26,798 bases of DNA from a virus. Both the position numbers and the translations under genes were made by a program. How positions within the stretch are numbered: the first letter of the stretch is position 1; each line of letters starts with the position of its first letter. Positions 18,760 to 26,798 of this stretch are shown here, piece by piece. The stretch spans positions 1 to 26,798 of the IMG/VR virus record IMGVR_UViG_3300049595_002880. One strand, given 5' to 3'. The notes beneath the pieces are model-generated. The model was not told the DNA's origin, made no database searches, and saw nothing but the letters and a program-made list of their open reading frames with translations.

Positions 18760-20896
18760 TTGAAACACATAAAAAAACTCATACGTAATGTTGCGCGTAC
18801 TGGTGCATGGATAATCGCTCCAATTGCACTTCTAGCAGTTGTTTCGCCACTACAAAACACTGCAGCTACCGCGTCTATGACGTCGATATCTGATGCAGGA
18901 TTTGATGATGGTCAATTTACTGGATGGTCATATGGATCACAGACTGGAATACTGGGACCTTCAATACAAGGGAATGGTTCTGGTGTAAATATTTTTAATG
19001 GTCCAAAGACTTTTAACCATAATCAATTTGGATCCGTTGGCAGTCCGACAAAGCAAGATGGTAGCCCTAACCCATATTATGCCGCTGCCGTTCCAGCCGG
19101 AAGTTGGACGTTTTCTCCCAATAACGGAACGTATGCAGCGCTACTCCAGCCTGCTGGTCAACAGAATTTTAATCAAGCTGTTGCTGAACTAGGTTTGGGT
19201 GCTACTCCAATAGCGCAGCTCAAATCTACGTTAACGACACAGGCATCTGCATCTGGATTTGGACAACGGAAATCCAACTGATGCAGCTTGGATAACAAGA
19301 GATGTTCAGCTAACCGCTGGAGTCATCTATACAATGTCTTGGAACTATGTAGGAACTGATTATGTTCCATTCAATGATGGATCTATAACTTCGCTTGTTC
19401 CAGTTTCTATTCAATCAAATCCAACAATAAAAGTAAATAACAGTGTTGGAAATTACGCTCTACTTGGATTTACGAATCCAGGAACTGGCGATTACTCAAC
19501 CAACTCATTTGGTTCAACTGGATGGCAGATCTCCACATATGAAGTTTCAGTAACTGGAACCTATAAGTTGGGCTTTGCAGTATTTAATCTTGATGATAAT
19601 GTTCTTTCACCTGCTCTTATGATCGATGATCAGCCTGGTGGAACACAGCGTTGCGAACAAGGCGGGACAAATTGCACAAGTTTTGGTGGCGTTGCACCAA
19701 ACAATCCGACGGCACCTACTGTTCCGCCAACAGTTCCTTCTACAGTAGCGCCAGAAACTACTACAACATCTACGACTACAACGAGCACAACCACAACCAC
19801 AACAACGACTACTACTGTGACCACAGAAACTACAGTGACCACATTGGTTCCAGAAACTACAGTGGCTCCAGAAACTACAGTAACTACTGTAGCCCCGACA
19901 ACCACAACCACAACTACAACCGCTCCAGTTGTTATAGTCCCACCAGTTATCGAACCAGTGCGACCTGTAGAGTCTTCTGTTCCAGAAGCTGTGGATGAAC
20001 CAACTTCTACAACAGAGCCATCTGAAAGCTCCGATGAGCCTACGCCTACTACTGAAGTAGATGAAGTTGTAGTTGTAGTTACAGTTCCAGAATCTGAAGA
20101 CATAAATGAAGAAGAAAACAATCCTTCAGACTCAGAAGAAACGCAAGAGAATGAAGAATCGGATCTTATAAATGAAATGTTTGAAGATGAACTTGATGAA
20201 GAGTCTTCATTGTTCTTGGCTACAAATATCTCAATAATGAGAAATCTAACTGCAGATCAAGCTGAAGAAGTATTTGCTGCAATAAATGTTGATCAACTAA
20301 CCGATGATCAAAAAGAGCAAATAACAGAAGCTGTTCAAGATGCACCACAGGAGGTGAGGGAAGCATTTGAAGAGGAAATCAATATTTATGCTGAAGGTTT
20401 TGATAGTTACGTTGCTGTTGGTTCTGTTGTAGATGTTCAAACACGCAGAACCCTAATTGCAGCAACGACAGTACTGGCAACCGCAGCAGCAGGAGCAGCT
20501 CTTGGTGGCACTGGTAGGACCACTGGAGGAGGCCAGAATGGCCCGAATAACGGCCCTAACAGCTCTGTTCCAGAGGTTCGTAGTAAGAATGAAGAAGAAG
20601 GAGAAGAGCCAGCAGGAGAATTGGCAGGACTAGAAGATGAAGATGATGAAGAATATACTCGAAACAGCATTTACAAATATTACCTGAAGGGGGAAATATG
20701 GGAAAGAAAGCTAAGTTGGCTCGGACTATTCAAGAAGTTCATAAGCGAAACAGCGGCACTATCTTTTACGATAGCAGGAAGCGTGATAGTATACGTGACC
20801 CTATCTGGTGAAACTAGAACAATTGCCCTTGTGGCAACTCTAGCTGCACTCGCAGTGCACTACGTGCATGTTCTTTTAAAGAACGACGAAAACTAG
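18760..20896 (+). CDS. Large secreted/surface protein with Thr-rich linker and C-terminal TM segments, reconstructed across CGGA 19267-19270 (about 711 aa)
   Basis: N-terminal signal-like KLIRNVARTGAWIIAPIALLAVVSP, lectin/jelly-roll-like region ..ASGFGQ-G-NPTDAAWITRDVQLTAGVIYTMSWNYVG.., then the Thr/Pro-rich tract. Confidence 0.8.
19267..19270 (+). promoter_or_regulatory. Putative quadruplet codon CGGA
   Basis: GGA CAA|CGGA|AAT CCA ACT GAT GCA GCT TGG; joins ORF 18760..19281 to ORF 19259..20896. Confidence 0.87.
19755..19960 (+). repeat. Low-complexity ACN/ACC tract encoding a Thr-rich linker
   Basis: TTTSTTTTSTTTTTTTTTTVTTETTVTTLVPETTVAPETTVTT... Confidence 0.8.
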
Positions 20897-20904
20897 CCAA
20901 ATAA

Positions 20905-20954
20905 AAAACCCCCAGTTAGCATTGGTGCGGACCTTTGCTAGCTGGGGGTTTTTT
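20905..20954. terminator. Bidirectional terminator hairpin
   Basis: AAAACCCCCAGTTAGC...GCTAGCTGGGGGTTTT between convergent genes. Confidence 0.8.
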
Positions 20955-20965
20955 ATATTATCTAA

Positions 20966-21271
20966 CTACTTCTTTTCTACTGGATCATCTTCTTTCTTTT
21001 CCTTGCTCTTGCCGCCAGATATCATCAAACCAGCTAGAGTTCCAGTAATGAATGTTGCAACGCTCGAAAGAACGCCGAAAAACATCTTATCATTCTCTGA
21101 TTGAACTCCAATTGGTTGCGTAACAAACACCAGTGCGTATAGAATGAACAGTGTAGTTACCAATAGGACTCCTGCAAGAACGCAGCCAACTATGAACTTT
21201 AGCCTTGCATCAAGTTCGTCTGGAGTATATCTTTTCTTGTTTGCCTTATTTTGGCTAAGCTTTTCTATCAT
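20966..21271 (-). CDS. Two-TM membrane protein
   Basis: LKFIVGCVLAGVLLVTTLFILYALVF...VLSSVATFITGTLAGLMI. Confidence 0.65.
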   Translation of the reverse strand: MIEKLSQNKANKKRYTPDELDARLKFIVGCVLAGVLLVTTLFILYALVFVTQPIGVQSENDKMFFGVLSSVATFITGTLAGLMISGGKSKEKKEDDPVEKK

Positions 21272-21516
21272 GGTTGAACTATCCCTTCAGTTGTCTGTGT
21301 AGTATCTGTTTTTGGAGCTGATGTAGAAGCCGGTGCTTCTTCTTCAAATGGATTGAATCCAAGAAGAGTTTCTGTGCACATACCATCTACTCTGCATATT
21401 GGTGGATTGCATTCCGCATCTTTCCAATGTTCTGGATCCTGGCACTCATATCTGTAACTGCCCTGATATCCACAGCCAGAAAGAAGCAGTAGCCCAATGA
21501 AAGCAAGTCTTTTCAT
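21268..21516 (-). CDS. Small Cys-rich lipoprotein
   Basis: MKRLAFIGLLLLSGCGYQGSYRYECQDPEHWKDAECNPPICRVDGMC: lipobox LLSGC. Confidence 0.65.
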   Translation of the reverse strand: MKRLAFIGLLLLSGCGYQGSYRYECQDPEHWKDAECNPPICRVDGMCTETLLGFNPFEEEAPASTSAPKTDTTQTTEGIVQP

Positions 21517-21767
21517 TATGCGCCCTTCTTAGCTGTCTTTTCCTCGACAGCACCAAAGACTTGGTTTATCTCTGCTATTGTCAGCTTTCCGTCCTTTAGA
21601 TAAGCTCTTGATAGAGCTTCTACTACGGAAGCTACGCCGCCGATTCCAGCCATAAATATAGACTTCCACATTGGTACACCAGCTATGGTTCCAGCTCCAA
21701 CTACTCCTAAGCCAGAAGCAAGAAAGGTCGCAATAATGCGGAATATAATATTCTGAAATAACTTCAT
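21516..21767 (-). CDS. Small membrane protein (possible holin)
   Basis: MKLFQNIIFRIIATFLASGLGVVGAGTIAGVPMWKSIFMAGIGGVASVVEALSRAYLKDGKLT. Confidence 0.5.
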   Translation of the reverse strand: MKLFQNIIFRIIATFLASGLGVVGAGTIAGVPMWKSIFMAGIGGVASVVEALSRAYLKDGKLTIAEINQVFGAVEEKTAKKGA

Positions 21768-21835
21768 TTATTCCCTCCAATTCACTTCAATGTGAATAGT
21801 AAAGGAAAAGAGTTATCAGTTAAAGCGAGAAGAAA

Positions 21836-22339
21836 CTATTTCTTCTTTGGGGCTTTTATGAGATTCTCTGGAATTATCCAGAGTTTGCAGATAGCATCAG
21901 ATTCAATTCTTCCAGAAACTATTTCGCAGTATCCGCCGCCAATAAAATACACGCAGTTTCCGCAAATCATTCCTTCTTCCTTAAATGGATTGAGTGCGGC
22001 TGGGGCATAGTGGGCACCATTGGCTTTTGCAGTTTGGTCGAACTTTCCAAAGTTCTCTACTACATCTTCATAGTACTCATACATCATCTTTTGGCGATCA
22101 TTGAGATCAGCCTCTGGACCTTCCTCGGAATCCTCAGAATCATCTTCTGGCATCTCTTCATCGTCCTCTGGTTCTTCGTCATCATATGAACCATTATCTT
22201 TTTCCGATAAGAACTTATTGTTCTTTGAAGAGTGAATGTTCTTTACCTTTGACAGCTGATAGTCAAGTGTGTATAGCCAGCGATTTTCCATTACTCTCCC
22301 TTGGAAACTATACCATCTGGAATGGCAGCAAGACGACAT
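21836..22339 (-). CDS. Acidic protein with C-terminal Cys cluster
   Basis: C-terminal MICGNCVYFIGGGYCEIVSGRIESDAICKLWIIP; central Glu/Asp-rich region. Confidence 0.6.
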   Translation of the reverse strand: MSSCCHSRWYSFQGRVMENRWLYTLDYQLSKVKNIHSSKNNKFLSEKDNGSYDDEEPEDDEEMPEDDSEDSEEGPEADLNDRQKMMYEYYEDVVENFGKFDQTAKANGAHYAPAALNPFKEEGMICGNCVYFIGGGYCEIVSGRIESDAICKLWIIPENLIKAPKKK

Positions 22340-22629
22340 AGGCCGCCCAGTTCGATTTCTTGTGCGACTATCTTACATGTATTTTCGGATTCACGCAAGT
22401 AGCAATTACCGCACATGATTCCCATCTCCTTATTGTCGTTTTCTGCTGCGCTAGTATAGCCAACCCAGATACCCTTGCCATCATTATTAGCTAGCTTACC
22501 GTATTTGGCAGCTATAGCAAGGAGAGCATTGGCAAATTCAAGCTCTGGTTGCGGCATATTCATCATTTCTTTTTGTTCCATTTCTTCAAGGAACTCGGCA
22601 AGCCAGTCAATAGACATATTAAACTCCAA
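22291..22629 (-). CDS. Protein with a related Cys cluster
   Basis: MGIMCGNCYLRESENTCKIVAQEIELGGLCRLAAIP. Confidence 0.6.
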   Translation of the reverse strand: MEFNMSIDWLAEFLEEMEQKEMMNMPQPELEFANALLAIAAKYGKLANNDGKGIWVGYTSAAENDNKEMGIMCGNCYLRESENTCKIVAQEIELGGLCRLAAIPDGIVSKGE

Positions 22630-22700
22630 TTGTTTGAAAATTCTTTCTACATAGTAGCACTTTTTGATCCATTTCGCAGAGCTTTTATATATTAAAAAGT

Positions 22701-22716
22701 GTTACTATTATAACAA
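22701..22716 (+). promoter_or_regulatory. GTTACTAT-type motif in a divergent intergenic region
   Basis: GTTACTATTATAACAA upstream of the gene at 22743. Confidence 0.45.
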
Positions 22717-22742
22717 CATCTATATATTTAGGATAATTTAAT

Positions 22743-24237
22743 ATGGCTGACTCAAGATCAAGACCAATGATAAAAATGTTTGCCAAAAAAGAACAGCCAA
22801 TAACTAGAACAGTAGACGATTTTGTCATACAAGCAACAAAGGGTTTGACGAAAGATCAATTATCCAATTTGCCTGTTCTCCAGGAAGAATTTAATTCTTT
22901 TAATTTAAAAAACCTTACGTCTAGATTTCAAATGTCTTCTGGAGGAACTGCTGGATCAGCAGTTCATAATTTGGGAGAAGAAGTTTTTCCCAAAGATCTT
23001 GCCAGAGTAACTGGCGCATATGTAATGAATGAAGAGTTATATACCGATTTAGCAAGGCGTGAACATGCAAACTTAATAACTAGACGGATTTTATAGCCCA
23101 TTGACTTCTGAAGCTAGAGATAAATTAACACAAGCAGGTGTTTCAGTTGGAGAAAATGTGCAATCAATTATTGGAATTAATCCAAGACTATTAAATACTG
23201 AATCATTTGATCCATTTAGGGTTGCAAAAACGGTTACTCATGAATTTGGACATTCATCATCAAAATTGTCTGGAGCAGAAAAAACAGGCGAAGCATTTTA
23301 TAAATTTGATGATCTTGGTAAAGAATTTGATTCTATTTCAGATCCAGCTGAAAAAGTTAAAAAGTTTGATGAATATTTAGAATCATATTACGAAACAATG
23401 AAACAGCATGGGTTAGAGGAAGGGCGCGCGGAGAGTTTTGCTATAGAGGCTGCTCAAAGAAAAGAAGGTCTGCGTTCAGTTGAAGGAATAAAAAGTATAA
23501 ATGAACTAGATGACAGACTTAATTCTGGATATTTATATCCTACCACTTTTAAAGGTAAGAATAAAACTATTGAAGTTAATGGTAAAGAAAAAACAATATA
23601 TGGACCTGGATATTCAGATGGCTATGAAAAACAAATAAGTAGTAGGTTGGGATCAATTGATACCACAACAATGAAGGGTCCAGTCAGTGGTTTAACTGGC
23701 CTATCTCAAGCAGAGTTTCTTGAGGAAGTTTCAATGAAAGGGCAGCATATTGGCGCAGCTGCATTTCAAGGAACAATGAGAAATGTTTCTGGAAATTATG
23801 GTAAGGCAATAAATGAATTTATTGACGAATTTGTAGAGCCCAAAACAATGGAAGTCACCAATGACCTATTAGGGTCGACAAGTGCTGTAAGAGCAGACAG
23901 AATGTCCAAGGGCTTGTCAGATATAAGAAAATCAATTTCTGGTGAAGTTTTTTCTTCTGGTAGAAAAGTTTCTTTTGCTGAAGCTGGCTCTGCTGTCGGA
24001 GGAAGACTCTCTCAAGCTGGAGGCCAAAGAATAGCCGCTTCAGTAGCAGCAAATGCACCAGTAGCCGAAGAGGCATTTGGTGCAATGGTGGGGGAATCTG
24101 GAATGGCTTCTCGATCAACAGGCAGAGCCCTTGGTCACTCTGCAGAAGCTTCTGCTGCCGTTGCCAGGGGGACGAAAAACTCAAGGGCACTCAGGGCAAT
24201 TGGTGCAGCAAAAGCCGCATTCAAAACACGCTTTTAA
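22743..24237 (+). CDS. Metallopeptidase-like protein (HEFGH), reconstructed across CGGA 23085-23088 (about 497 aa)
   Basis: ..DLARREHANLITR-G-FYSPLTSEARDKLTQAGVSVGENVQSIIGINPRLL...VAKTVTHEFGHSSSKLSGAEK...GRAESFAIEAAQR. Confidence 0.75.
23085..23088 (+). promoter_or_regulatory. Putative quadruplet codon CGGA
   Basis: ACT AGA|CGGA|TTT TAT AGC CCA TTG ACT TCT; triplet reading stops 2 codons later (CGG ATT TTA TAG). Confidence 0.82.
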
Positions 24238-24246
24238 TCTAATTAT

Positions 24247-24320
<74 letters not shown>

Positions 24321-24329
24321 AGGACTATA

Positions 24330-24578
24330 TTACTCTGAGAACCAGTTTGAATTCATGTACTGTCTGAGACGATTGCTATCCAATGTTGTTTTTGCGGCCT
24401 TGGAAAAAACATCTGTTAGAGCTTCTGGCAGAGCATCTACCTGATCAGCTGAAACTTCGAACATGATTTCCCAGACTGCATCTGTCAACTTTTGAGCTGC
24501 CCACACTTGATTCTTTTCAGGATATCCAGCTTCCTTGAGTGGAGCTAGAAACTTTTCAAATATTTCTTTGTATTCCAT
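24330..24578 (-). CDS. Hypothetical protein (likely start at 24578)
   Basis: MEYKEIFEKFLAPLKEAGYPEKNQVWAAQKLTDAVWEIMFEVSADQVDALPEALTDVFSKA... Confidence 0.55.
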   Translation of the reverse strand: MEYKEIFEKFLAPLKEAGYPEKNQVWAAQKLTDAVWEIMFEVSADQVDALPEALTDVFSKAAKTTLDSNRLRQYMNSNWFSE

Positions 24579-24595
24579 CTTACAACCTTTTCCTT

Positions 24596-24612
24596 TATTA
24601 TAACATAGTAAC
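24596..24612 (-). promoter_or_regulatory. GTTACTAT-type motif upstream of a minus-strand gene
   Basis: Reverse complement reads GTTACTATGTTATAATA. Confidence 0.45.
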
Positions 24613-24638
24613 AATTATTAGGGTCCCGATCTAGAGTT

Positions 24639-24719
24639 CTAATGTTTTGACAAAAGAAGCAATGATACTCCCAGTATCACTCCAAGCAATACTGGAACTA
24701 TGAAATCAATAGACACCAT
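24639..24719 (-). CDS. Tiny TM peptide (26 aa)
   Basis: MVSIDFIVPVLLGVILGVSLLLLSKH*, overlapping the end of the deaminase gene. Confidence 0.35.
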   Translation of the reverse strand: MVSIDFIVPVLLGVILGVSLLLLSKH

Positions 24720-25182
24720 CGTCGTCATAAGCTATGGTCACCTCCATTCCTGCACTGAGCAGAAACTCATGAACCTGTGGCCATTGAGCATAGGAAGCAT
24801 CAGGTGGGCAAACGACTCTTGCTATTCCTGAGCTAGCTATGAGCTTGGCGCAACCCATGCAGGGAGGACCATTTACATACAGTGTTGCTCCCTTTCTCAT
24901 TGATGGATCAGACCAAAGGAGTGCACCTGCTTCTGCGTGTTGCGCAATACAGTTGTCGTATTGCGATCCTGATTCTGAATTTTGCTGGGCTCTTGGACAA
25001 GCTCCATCAGTGCAGTGCGGCATTCCTGGAGGAGATCCATTGTATCCGAATCCGACCAATCTACCATTTGGAGCAATTACTACTGCGGCATATTTCTTTT
25101 TGCTGCAAGTTGAAAACAGCAAAGCCATATATCTGCATGCCTGTATCCATCTGGCCTGCTTTCTATCTGTCACGATGGCCAA
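24706..25182 (-). CDS. dCMP/cytidine deaminase-like (ComEB-like) protein
   Basis: CIAQHAEAGALLWSD ... VNGPPCMGCAKLIASSGI zinc-binding deaminase motifs. Confidence 0.88.
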   Translation of the reverse strand: MAIVTDRKQARWIQACRYMALLFSTCSKKKYAAVVIAPNGRLVGFGYNGSPPGMPHCTDGACPRAQQNSESGSQYDNCIAQHAEAGALLWSDPSMRKGATLYVNGPPCMGCAKLIASSGIARVVCPPDASYAQWPQVHEFLLSAGMEVTIAYDDDGVY

Positions 25183-25493
25183 CTCATCTTATGCTGAACT
25201 GTATAGACATCTCCGTTTTCTGCGATCTTCTTGTCCTCATATGGAACGGCAATTCGTCTGTATAGCTCGAGCTTTGCGCACTCAAGTACTCCAATGACTT
25301 CATTGATATTGGTATATGATAATCCCTTGTTATCAATGTACATATTTACAAATGTGGAAATAAGATAGTTAAGGTTGCCGGGATTTGACAAGAAAGAATC
25401 GTCAATCACTACGTCGGTGCTTTGCGTCTGTCCGCTGTTAACTACGTTGACAACCTTCAACTTACTTCTGACTTCTTTGCTCACATATGGCAT
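25170..25493 (-). CDS. Hypothetical protein
   Basis: ORF track; overlaps the start of the deaminase gene. Confidence 0.5.
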   Translation of the reverse strand: MPYVSKEVRSKLKVVNVVNSGQTQSTDVVIDDSFLSNPGNLNYLISTFVNMYIDNKGLSYTNINEVIGVLECAKLELYRRIAVPYEDKKIAENGDVYTVQHKMSWPS

Positions 25494-25746
25494 GGTTTAT
25501 GTTCTCCTTTGAACGAACAAAAAAAGATTATACCAGAGAACTATGCCACGAGTTGTGCATTGGTTGATCCAATACAAGAGCGGCACAACGCAGACAAAAA
25601 TACAAATCTATTTTGGTCACCTTGGATCTATTTTCAGAAAGAACGTATCCTTGATAAGAATAGAGTTCATTTGAATGCGGTTCTTTGTTTGGCACTGCGC
25701 CTCCTTAAAATAACCTGGTCTAAGATTCTATTGCTTTAAAAAAACC

Positions 25747-25935
25747 TTAAATATAATCTTCTGTTTGATCCTGAGTTATTCTCTTCATTCGATACAAGAC
25801 TGAATTAAGCTTTACATTCTCTGCGCGAAGTCGTTCAATCTCGTCAACTGCTTCCATCAACACCGTCATTGACGCAGTGTCTTGCGGATCAGCAATCATT
25901 TCAAGTAAAAGCGTCACAATGTCGTCACTCACCAC
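25747..25935 (-). CDS. Paralogous small coiled-coil protein (likely GTG start 25935 or 25932)
   Basis: VVSDDIVTLLLEMIADPQDTASMTVLMEAVDEIERLRAENVKLN. The start overlaps the upstream stop. The CGG codons in the longer tracked ORF lie upstream of this start. Confidence 0.5.
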   Translation of the reverse strand: MVSDDIVTLLLEMIADPQDTASMTVLMEAVDEIERLRAENVKLNSVLYRMKRITQDQTEDYI

Positions 25936-25942
25936 GAACCTC
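25925..25942. repeat. 18-nt direct repeat, copy 1
   Basis: TCACTCACCACGAACCTC, identical to 26325..26342. Confidence 0.8.
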
Positions 25943-26335
25943 TTCGTCTGTTGCCGTCTCCGTCCAAGAGTTTTGAGCATCCATCGTCACTGTTCTCCCC
26001 AACGATTCGGTGAGGTAGATAGACTTACCATTCGTGAGTGCCCTTAACGCGTCAAAAAGAATGGTGTTTCTTTCACGCAGCAGCTCAATCTCCTCCTGCG
26101 CTGTCTCATATAGATGGGTCATGCGCTTGGCACGGTTTTCTTCGCCTACGGCTTTATAGAGAATCTCGTTATCATGTCGCAACCTTTCAATCTCGTCGGC
26201 TGCCTGCCCTAAAAGCTCAAACAGATCACATGTATATTGCTTGTGACACACACGACAAGTGCAATCATTGAATCCTGAGCAGGTACAGTCATTAAACTGC
26301 TGTCTGAGTCTGCTCATAATATCATCACTCACCAC
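25925..26335 (-). CDS. Paralogous protein with Cys-rich insert (likely GTG start near 26335)
   Basis: VVSDDIMSRLRQQFNDCTCSGFNDCTCRVCHKQYTCDLFELLGQAADEIERLRHDNEILYK...NSWTETATDEEVRGE*. Confidence 0.5.
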   Translation of the reverse strand: MVSDDIMSRLRQQFNDCTCSGFNDCTCRVCHKQYTCDLFELLGQAADEIERLRHDNEILYKAVGEENRAKRMTHLYETAQEEIELLRERNTILFDALRALTNGKSIYLTESLGRTVTMDAQNSWTETATDEEVRGE

Positions 26336-26342
26336 GAACCTC
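26325..26342. repeat. 18-nt direct repeat, copy 2
   Basis: TCACTCACCACGAACCTC, identical to 25925..25942, at paralogous gene junctions. Confidence 0.8.
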
Positions 26343-26591
26343 CTTGATTGAATCCGATTCTGCCCGTAATGCCGTCCAACTGTTCCTCCACTCATCTTTG
26401 ATGAGCACACTTGCCGAGTCGTCAGGACTGTTATAGGCATCTTGATAATCAAACTGATATTCGCGTTCAGCGTCAACAAACTTGACGATAAGTGACCGTA
26501 GCCTTTCAATCTCGTCGGCTGCTTGCTTCTTTAAATTATCATAGCATTCATACTTACGAAGTAAGCCCAAAATATCAAGGTTTTTGCTCAT
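26325..26591 (-). CDS. Paralogous small protein
   Basis: MSKNLDILGLLRKYECYDNLKKQAADEIERLRSLIVKFVDAEREY...NSWTALRAESDSIKEVRGE*. Contains two apparently normal CGG Arg codons. Confidence 0.55.
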   Translation of the reverse strand: MSKNLDILGLLRKYECYDNLKKQAADEIERLRSLIVKFVDAEREYQFDYQDAYNSPDDSASVLIKDEWRNSWTALRAESDSIKEVRGE

Positions 26592-26604
26592 CTTAATGGT
26601 CCTA

Positions 26605-26798
26605 TCATCTCAATGGTCCTATATTGTATTTTGTGCAGCGGTCATCATAGCACGTTGGGCATAAGATGGAGTCGTAATCATAGATATAATCTGTCTTACC
26701 TTTTAGATATCCTATTGGTTCATAGGCCCAGTCATCGGTAATGCCACCACATCTCGTGCACTTCTGTACTTCAGATGGATCGCCATCAGTATCAATCT
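26605..26798 (-). CDS. Zinc-ribbon-like protein, 5'-partial at the window edge
   Basis: ..DTDGDPSEVQKCTRCGGITDDWAYEPIGYLKGKTDYIYDYDSILCPTCYDDRCTKYNIGPLR*. Confidence 0.5.
   Translation of the reverse strand, partial: IDTDGDPSEVQKCTRCGGITDDWAYEPIGYLKGKTDYIYDYDSILCPTCYDDRCTKYNIGPLR

Noticed and set aside
19630-20121. Minus-strand 163-aa ORF rich in Val/Thr
   Set aside because: Antisense artefact of the low-complexity Thr-codon tract in the surface protein gene.
4287-23096. Gene breaks as sequencing or assembly errors, or pseudogene decay
   Set aside because: Random indels would not all fall exactly at in-frame CGG with the same +1 direction and a following A at nine sites, nor coincide with a tRNA bearing UCCG. 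Confirmation with raw reads is still required.
23855-24190. Minus-strand ORF opposite the metallopeptidase gene, and other antisense ORFs listed in the track (e.g. 765..998, 2817..3035, 5550..5789, 12563..12891)
   Set aside because: Fully embedded antisense to well-supported genes, with no recognisable domains or ribosome-binding sites.
25936-25980. Extended N-terminus of ORF 25747..25980 containing CGG AGA CGG
   Set aside because: The stretch overlaps the end of the preceding gene in another frame. The likely start is GTG 25935/25932 by analogy to the paralog, so these are not real in-frame CGG codons.
26336-26509. Extended N-terminus of ORF 25925..26509 with several CGG codons
   Set aside because: It overlaps gene 26325..26591 in another frame. 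AAGGAGG sits just upstream of the GTG at about 26335, which is the probable true start.

Overview
This is a tightly packed, AT-rich tailed-phage genome segment, probably from an actinobacterial-type host (low confidence on host). It holds a DNA-replication module: DnaB-like helicase, two RecB/Cas4-like PD-(D/E)XK nucleases, HD hydrolase, archaeo-eukaryotic primase, DnaE-type polymerase, RNase H and dNMP kinase. It also holds a sigma-like factor, a run of tiny Lys-rich proteins, a VanY/peptidoglycan-binding lysin, glycosyltransferases, a Thr-rich surface protein, a metallopeptidase-like protein, a deaminase and one tRNA. The central observation is an apparent natural quadruplet codon. Seven genes look broken in a six-frame translation, and two of them look broken twice. 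At nine sites an in-frame CGG is followed by A, and reading CGGA as one 4-base codon rejoins the frame: 4449, 8534, 9711, 9898, 10861, 14631, 14866, 19267 and 23085. Several of these restore canonical motifs, e.g. ...AAP-G-TSQHNSGLAVDV, ...PAVL-G-NIVHGVLE and FYEA-G-TSCGVKPILG. I phased the other CGG trinucleotides in the main genes by eye. They fall out of frame, except one CGGT site that also seems to need a +1 shift (8252) and two apparently ordinary Arg CGG codons in ORF 26325..26591. The only tRNA found, 24247..24320 (-), is tRNA-Gly-like with anticodon-loop sequence C-U-U-C-C-G-A. Its U34 C35 C36 G37 is fully complementary to CGGA, and its anticodon stem carries a mismatch. Together these suggest a phage-encoded glycine quadruplet-decoding (+1 frameshift) system used in essential genes.
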